A stretch of 64,000 bases of DNA, taken from assembly GCA_964016885.1 (NCBI GenBank), contig OZ024760.1, positions 32,798,001 to 32,862,000 of the forward strand. The letters are read 5' to 3'. The notes under the pieces were generated by a model. It did not search any database, was not told the origin of the DNA, and was given only the letters and a program-made list of their open reading frames with translations. The translations under genes and the position numbers were made by a program. Numbering within the stretch: position 1 is the first letter of the stretch; every line of letters starts with the position of its first letter. Positions 56,472 through 64,000 of this stretch are shown piece by piece. This DNA is from Eledone cirrhosa. Its lineage: Eukaryota.

Positions 56472-56608
56472 TTGTTAAACGATATTCAATGATTATGTCA
56501 AAGAATGAGTTTTACAGTAGATTGGAAGCACTCAACGGTAAAAAATAATTTTCTGGAGGTATTAATATTAAAATATAAGTATTAATAAAATAGATGTTCT
56601 TTTGATCA

Positions 56609-56671
56609 ATTACATTTTATTATACATATTTCGGATGTACAAGAGTACGTCCTCATCAGACAAAATATAAT
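56609..56671 (-). ncRNA. Mirror copy of the hammerhead motif in the left arm of the inverted repeat
   Basis: Reverse complement of 56733-56795. Confidence 0.85.
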
Positions 56672-56732
56672 GATACATGACATACCTTGAGATGTTAAAT
56701 GGTTAAGATTTAATCAGGGTATGTCATGTATC

Positions 56733-56795
56733 ATTATATTTTGTCTGATGAGGACGTACTCTTGTACATCCGAAATATGTATAATAAAATGTAAT
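56733..56795 (+). ncRNA. Minimal type I hammerhead ribozyme motif
   Basis: ATTATATTTTGT-CTGATGA-GGACGTAC tctt GTACATCC-GAAA-T atgt A-TA-ATAAAATGTAAT: 12-bp stem I (2 G-U), 8-bp stem II (1 mismatch), predicted cleavage after 56783. Confidence 0.87.
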
Positions 56796-56830
56796 TGATC
56801 AAAAGAACATCTATTTTATTAATACTTATA

Positions 56831-56884
<54 letters not shown>

Positions 56885-56917
56885 TATATATATATATGTA
56901 TATATATATATAATATG

Positions 56918-56993
<76 letters not shown>

Positions 56994-57067
56994 GCATACA
57001 TACACACATATCGTTATCATTCTGAAGAGAAGTTAGATATAAAGTTAATTGCTTTTTTTTACATATA

Positions 57068-57113
<46 letters not shown>

Positions 57114-57531
57114 TATATTATGCATATATGTGTGTATATATATAATATGCATACATACACACACACATACGCACATACGTCATCATCATCATCATCTCAT
57201 CATCACCATTTAACGTCGATTTTTTCACACTAACACAAAAAGTCAAGAAAACAAAATAAGAATGTAATGCAATAATTATATTTTAGTTTAATGCTTGATA
57301 TACACAGGAAACGAGTCATAATGTTTCAGACATTAATCCATCATCGAAAGTTAGAACAAGTGGAAGAAGAGAAGATGTTTGGAAGAGAGAAGAAGAAATA
57401 AGATGAGAGCAAAGAAAAATACAGGGAAAGACGGCAACTGTTGAAAATATTATTTAACTTAATATAATATGATATATTATAATATAATATATTATAATAT
57501 ACTATATTTTAATATAATATATTATAATATA

Positions 57532-58013
57532 CTAGCAGAAAAACCACTCAAAGGGTGGTTTTCTGCTAGCATATGTAGTATGTATATTGATATTATACAT
57601 ACATATATATATACATGAAGATATGATATGTCAAATAAAATCGTAATTGACAATATACACAGAAATTGAAGAGAGACTGTGTTACACTGTCTTATGTAAT
57701 CAGTAACGTAATCCATGATACATTAAAAAAGACGATATTATATATAAACTGCATTAGGAGAAAATTAGTGACAGAAAACTAATATGTTTATTTAAGCGAT
57801 CGCCACCGGAAGTGTTGACATTTGAAAATTTTAGAGAAGTGAATCTTTAAATAAGTAATAAAATATATTTAATGAACTGCCACGAAATTTAGTAGATAAA
57901 TTATGTAATATTCATTCATTATTTATTCAAAGTAATCCAACTTATTTTACTGATGGGATAAAAAATTATAAACCGTACGCAGTCCCGCGCTCCTTACTTT
58001 ATTATAGTTTAGA
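57532..58013 (-). mobile_element. Non-autonomous Helitron
   Basis: Minus strand reads A|TCTAAACTATAATAAA ... subterminal hairpin AAAACCAC cctttga GTGGTTTT ... CTAG|T. Canonical 5' TC, 3' CTAG and A/T target with no TSD. Confidence 0.8.
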
Positions 58014-58082
58014 TTATATTATATTATATAATATGTTATAATATATTACATTACATAATATTATAATGTAATATAATATAAT

Positions 58083-58266
58083 TGTTTCTACTTTTGGCAC
58101 AAGGCCAGCAATTACCCAGTGTATTACTGGTACTTTATTTTATCAACCCCGTAAGGATGAAAGGCAAAGTTAACCTCGGCAGGGTTTGAACTCAGACCGT
58201 AAAGGGACGTAACTATGCTCGAAAGATGGCGTCCGACCCTCTACCAATACTGCCAATCCACTGCCC
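58083..58266 (-). mobile_element. tRNA-derived SINE of a second family
   Basis: Minus strand has A box TGGCAGTATTGG and B box GAGTTCAAACC, then CGAGGTTAACTTTGCCTTTCATCCTTACGGGGTTGATAAAATAAAGTACCAGT body. Confidence 0.75.
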
Positions 58267-58409
58267 TATAATATAATATATGTATATATAACATATCATA
58301 TATTGGTACACACAAATATATATTTATGCATACATCATACATACATGTACATATATATATGTATATTTACATATAAATATATTCATATATAAATATATAT
58401 ATATGAATG

Positions 58410-58486
<77 letters not shown>

Positions 58487-58599
58487 TTATACAGAGAGTG
58501 GGGAGTGAGTTATAATATTTTCAAAGGCAGAGATGTTATGACAGCTGAAAACATTGGCAAATATTAAAGGGGACAAACAAGGGAACAACAATCAGTTAC

Positions 58600-59028
58600 C
58601 GCCCCCACCATCATCACCACCACCACCACCAACATCACCACCAACACCACCAACCACTACCATCACCACCACCACTACCATCATCACCACCACCACCACC
58701 AACCACTACCATCATCACCACCAACACCACCAACCACTCCCATCATCATCACCACCACCAACACCACCAACCACTACCATCACCACCACCACCACCACCA
58801 CCACCACCACCACCACCACCACCACCACCACCACCACCACCACCACCACCACCACTACTATCATCATCACCACCAACACCACCAACCACTACCATCATCA
58901 TCACCACCAACACCACCAACCACTACCATCATCACCACCACCAACACCACCAACACCACCAACCACTACTATCATCACTACCATCACCATCACCACCACT
59001 ACCATCATCATAAGCATCATCATCATCA
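58600..59028. repeat. (CAC)n/(CAT)n microsatellite
   Basis: Direct inspection. Confidence 0.93.
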
Positions 59029-59340
59029 GATTTTGCTTTCTACAGCTGGATGCCCTTCCTAAGGCCAACCACATTTACAGTGTGTGCTGGGTGCTTTTTG
59101 TTGTGTCACCTACACGACCATGGGAGAAGGTTGAGGACAGTATAAGCCTCAGCCTGAGAATAACAGAGGGCAGGTCTATATCATCATCATCATCATCACC
59201 ATTTAATGTCCATTTTCCATGCTAGTATGGTTTAGATGGGTTGTCCTATTTGAGGCAACAGATGTCAAATGACCAAGTCTTACTCATACACAACTGAATT
59301 TGGCTTGGTTTCTTTGGCTGGATGTCCTTCCTAACACCAG
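59029..59340 (-). mobile_element. Two diverged RTE-type 3' fragments (about 59029-59120 and 59180-59340)
   Basis: CTGGATGCCCTTCCTAA / CTGGATGTCCTTCCTAACACCA motifs, GCTGGGTGCTTTTT and an (ATC)n tail. Confidence 0.75.
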
Positions 59341-59552
59341 TCGATAATAATAAAAAGGACAAAGTGTTAGATTTTCCTTACATTTATTGAAGTGTGATGT
59401 TTCGCTATTGATCAGCTCAAGGTTCGATTTGTATCAATCTGGTCCGACACTGGAATCAGAAACTCGGACTTCTGTTATGATAATGACAGAATGATTCCCT
59501 TACATATTTAAGTGGTGAACCTACAGTAACTTGATGTTACAATCCATAAACT

Positions 59553-61228
59553 ATCATCATCATCATCATCATCGTTTAACGTCCATGTTCCATGCTTGCA
59601 TGGGTTTGGACGGGAGTTTTCCCACTTGAGGCAAGAGTGGTTGTCTTGCTCGCATAGGACTGTCTGGCAGGTTTTCTACAGCTGGATGCCCTTCCTAACA
59701 CCAACCACATTTACAGTGTGGGACAGGGAGGTTTTTACCGTGTTGCCTACACGGCCACATTACAGCGTGGACTGTGTGTTTTTTTGTCGTGACACCTACA
59801 CGATCTCATTTGTTTCGGCCTGGATGTTGTGGCATCAACATAACTTTACATTGAAAGGGGCGGTGTGGATGGGGTGGGGGTGGTGGGACGGGGGTGTATT
59901 TTGTTAGAGATGCCTACTGACTGTAGTAGGTTTTACTTTGTAAGGCGAGTCTTCTCTATTACTGAGTACCGCCAAAGATCTCGGTCCAGTGACATTGTCT
60001 TGGAGAGGTGTAAGTGTGTGAGGACAGAATTTATCAGGTCGTCCCAGGTTTTTCTGGGTCTGCCTACTTCGTGGCTACCGTCTATCTTTATTGCCCTGCA
60101 CTTTTTTATACAGCTGTCGTCTTTCATGCGCATCACGTGACCATACCAGCGTAGCCTTCTCTCGAGTAAACAACATCTGATCCCTCTTATTTCTAATTTT
60201 TCCCTTAGTTCGTTTATGCTTTGCTGTTTACGTATATTACTATTACACATCCAGCGGAGCATGCAAACTTCGTTCCTCTCTAGTCTGCATATATCTTCTG
60301 CACACAATGCCCAGGTCTCACTGCCATGCAGCATTGCTGTTCATATGCAGGCATCATACAACCTGCCTTTCATTTTTAGGGAGAACCCTTTAGCGGCTAA
60401 TAGTGGTATAAGCTCTCTGAACGTTTTCCATCCAGTTCTGACTCTAGCTACTGTACTTTCAGAGCACCCTCCCCCACTGCTGATTTTGTCACCCAGGTAA
60501 CGGAAGCTGTCCACTATTTCTATAGAACCCTCTGCGCAATTGAAAGAGCTAGTATTTAGTGGGCACTTGCTGCTACTTATTGCACCAGAGCACCGGCCAC
60601 ATATAAAATCTATGTTCTTAGTTAGCTTACCTGTGATCCCACTACATCTTTTATGCACCCATACTTTGCATTTGGGACATAAAATGGAGTTTCTACCTAC
60701 GCCTTTCCTACACACTGAGCATGGCCATTTCCCGGAAGGGACCGGCGCCTTATTTTCTTTCCTACAAACTAGAACTTTAGTCTTAGCCAGGTTAATTTTA
60801 AGGCCTTTTGATTCTAGGCCGTGCTTCCATGTTTGGAATTTCTTCTCTAGCTCGGCCATTGATTCAGCTATGAGCGTTAGATCGTCTGCGTATAGGAGTT
60901 CCCATGGGCAGCCGGTCTTGAACTCCACTGTTATAGCCTGAAGGGCAATAATAAATAGTAGGGGGCTAAGAACAGAGCCCTGATGAACACCAACTTTTAC
61001 GCTAAACTCTTCACTATATTCGTTGTTAATTCTGACCTTGCTGACTGTTTCTTTATACATGGCTTGTATAGCTCTCACAAGCCATTCGTCAACACCTAGT
61101 TTTCTAAGAGCCCACCAGATAATGGAACGGGGGACTCTGTCGAAGGCTTTCTCCAAGTCGACAAAAGCTAAGTATAGGGGTTTACTTTTAGCTAGGTACT
61201 TCTCCTGTAGTTGTCGTACAATGAAAAC

Positions 61229-61229
<1 letters not shown>
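59553..61229 (-). mobile_element. 5'-truncated RTE-clade LINE
   Basis: RT coding region, 3' UTR and (GAT)n tail. The 5' end stops at a (TA)n run. Confidence 0.95.
59933..61229 (-). pseudogene. RTE reverse transcriptase with an inserted PHD finger and one in-frame stop
   Basis: FVDLEKAFD, GVHQGSVLSPLLF, YADD, FRYLG, LHGSETW, RLRWYGHV and GRPRKTW motifs. TGA at 60341-60343 is in frame with ORF 59933..60334 (likely CGA>TGA). Confidence 0.93.
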
Positions 61230-61259
<30 letters not shown>

Positions 61260-61534
61260 CTGTGTGTGTGTGTATATATATATATATACATATATATATA
61301 TAAACTATACAACAGTGTTGTTAAAATGTCTACTGTATGGAACAACTTTTGACACACCCTGTACACACACGTATACATACATACTTATACACACAGATAT
61401 ATAAATACACACACGTATACATACATACTTATACATACATATATATACATACACAGATGAAATGAAAAAAAATGTTTGTCTCTACTTAATCATTTTACTA
61501 TATACTTATTTTTATCACACTTTTCATTGCACAT

Positions 61535-61583
<49 letters not shown>

Positions 61584-61720
61584 TATATATATATAATTAT
61601 ATATATATATAAATATATAAAATAAAAAAGAGATACAAAACAATTAGTGTTGTATATATATATATATATACATAATATATACATATAAATATAGATATCT
61701 ATATATCTATATGAATACAC

Positions 61721-61776
<56 letters not shown>

Positions 61777-62099
61777 TATATATATAAATACAAATATTTA
61801 TATATATGTATATATATACACACACACATATATATATATATGTGTGTGTGTATGTGTATAAACGCTATAAATAAAATATATATTTGAAAATACAATGCAT
61901 TCTTCAACTAATCTAACATGAAACATTATTTATGAAAAGATGACTTGAGCTGTTATCAAATGTGTCTGTTTTAAAGTATGGAATGAAATGTCTTTCAAAT
62001 AACATTACATGAAATAGAATTTACCAGATTTAAATCAAAACAATATTTATTATTTTGATCAGGGCTGGTTGATATTTTTCTCATCTACTTCACATTTTA

Positions 62100-62339
62100 T
62101 TTATCAATCTATCTGTCTGCCTGTCTATCAATTTATCTATCTATCAATCTATCTATCTACCTATCTATCTACCTACCAATCTATCTACCTACCTACCAAT
62201 CTATCTACCTACTTACCAATCTATCTACCTACCTACCAATCTATCTATCTATCAATTTATCTATCTACCTACCAATCTATCAATTTATCTATCTATCAAT
62301 CTATCTACCTACCTACCTACCAATCTATCTATCTATCTA
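62100..62339. repeat. (ATCT)n/(ACCT)n tetranucleotide microsatellite
   Basis: Direct inspection. Confidence 0.93.
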
Positions 62340-62340
62340 A

Positions 62341-63794
62341 CAAAAGTCCAAATATTTGGAAGAAGCTTCCAACTATGTGACATTTGAGGGAGACACCCCA
62401 CACATACACATACCCCCACAAGTAAGAGAAATGACAAAAAAAAAGCTAATTTATAGAACAGTTGACATCACTACCAAAAAACCCATAACGCTCCCAACAA
62501 GCACTATCGAAGCTGCACTAAAAGACATTAAGCCAGACGTGACATACCTCCAAAGAGGTAAACAGTATGGAAGTGTGTCAGTGCTCTTTAAGAGCGAAAC
62601 TCTGGCACAAAAAACACTCGGTTCACCCAATAAAAACGGATCAACACATCTTCTTCCCCACATACATGGGAAGAAGATCCTACAAAATAAAAATAACCAG
62701 GATCCCAGCAGAAGTCAACATATGGTGGATCCTATGCTGCATCCTGAAGAAGGATGAGGACACCCTCCTATCTGTAGACAGGACAGACCAGCATAACTGG
62801 TTTGGAACATGCATTGAGGTTCTGGTACAAATGAGGCCAGAGAGAGTTGAGAAAATACCGGACAGGATCGTCCTTGAGGAAGATGTCATCTCCATTTTAG
62901 TGGAGGGGAAAAGACCTCAGTGCCATAAGTGTGGGAAAACCACACACTTAAAGGCCTTTTGCCCTCTCTTAAACAAACCGAGGACAAACAAGGTGTTATT
63001 ACCAACACCAAAACCCCAACATCAACACCCCAAACCAAACACAACACAAACACCTGCAACATCTACTCCCACACCACCACAGACCAGAGACAACCACACA
63101 CACAAACTCCTACTGAAAAACCCTCCAAAAAACCCCCTATCAAATACTTCCACAAACACCTGCACAAACACTCCACCACACAACATACCCCTCCCATCTA
63201 CCCCTGATTCAGAAGTCTCAGATATGGGAACCTCTACATCTCCAAGTGAGAATGAAGAGGAACCCCAAAAATCCAAAAAAACAAAAAAGACACAAAAAGA
63301 CATCTACAGAAAACACGCACACACCCAACCCCACCATAAACACACCGCCACAAACGACAAACACACCAACAACACAATCACAACCAACACAACCAAACAC
63401 TTCACCAACAAAACAAACACCCACACCACCACAATCACAAACCCCAACCACAAAAAGAAAACTACAAACAGAAACAGTACACATAAAAAACAAAACACAC
63501 TACACATACATAAAAACAAGAAACAAAGAACTGGTGGAAATTGTCCGAAAGGACCCCACAATACAAACGGAAGGGAAAACCTCCCCCACCAACGACCCAC
63601 CCCCAAACCTCAAACTTATCAGGGTAACAACCCTACAGTATGAAACTTTAAAAGAGAACTTCCCACATGATGTGGGCCCCCCTTTCCAAAAGCCCCTTAA
63701 CCGTGTCCTGCTAAAAGGATTCCCTCCCTCCCCAAACACCACCAATCTGGACATGGAGATCGAACAACCCGACCTCCAGGAAACGAAAAGGTAA
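62341..63794 (+). pseudogene. LINE ORF1 (gag-like, CCHC zinc knuckle), frameshifted
   Basis: Overlapping ORFs 62356, 62567 and 63246. CHKCGKTTHLKAFC is CX2CX4HX4C, followed by a low-complexity T/P/N/K linker. Lies directly upstream of an APE-like ORF. Confidence 0.8.
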
Positions 63795-63834
63795 GTGTTC
63801 CTGCCTTTTCTATCCTTAACTCTTCTTCACCAAC

Positions 63835-64000
63835 ATGGCGACTATACAAGCTGGATATTTGAATGTACGTGGCCTGGGCATGTCCTGGAAACAGGGCCAG
63901 CTTTTAAATGATCTCAGGTCACATTGTATAGATATGATAGCCATCACCGAGTCCAGGATTCACGACAAGCAGCAGCTAACCCCCATGTTCGATAATTTTG
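63835..64000 (+). CDS. LINE ORF2 N-terminus, APE-like endonuclease (L1/Tx1-like), runs off the window
   Basis: MATIQAGYLNVRGLGMSWKQGQLLNDLRSHCIDMIAITESR contains the NVRGL and D-x4-TE motifs of AP-endonuclease domains. Confidence 0.82.
   Translation, partial: MATIQAGYLNVRGLGMSWKQGQLLNDLRSHCIDMIAITESRIHDKQQLTPMFDNF

Larger units (their letters stand above)
56565..56839. repeat. Inverted repeat with 122-bp arms and a 31-nt spacer
   Basis: 56565-56686 is the reverse complement of 56718-56839. Confidence 0.96.

Noticed and set aside
59395-59432. Possible hammerhead on the minus strand (CTGATCAATAGCGAAACATC)
   Set aside because: The core deviates from CUGANGA and no consistent stems I and II can be drawn.

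Overview
Gene-free, repeat-dominated eukaryotic DNA. The (TA)n density and the RTE/SINE/Penelope repertoire suggest a mollusc, probably an octopus (inference). Bases 1-39.6 kb are one satellite of about 820 monomers of 48 bp with irregular higher-order duplications, and all ORFs listed there are artefacts of the repeat. The array decays at its right edge into the 3' end of an RTE LINE, and its monomer matches a 2-copy tandem unit in the 3' UTR of RTE copies elsewhere in the window, so it looks like a satellite that arose inside a retrotransposon 3' UTR. The remaining 24 kb is nested transposon debris: a TTAA-flanked MITE with a 72-bp array, a second unrelated 48-bp array, a decayed Penelope-like element (RT plus GIY-YIG) with inverted pseudo-LTRs, several hammerhead ribozyme motifs in (TA)n-flanked islands, two long palindromes, tRNA-derived SINEs, a non-autonomous Helitron, an RTE reverse transcriptase with an inserted PHD finger, and the start of an L1/Tx1-like LINE. 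No host gene is supported.
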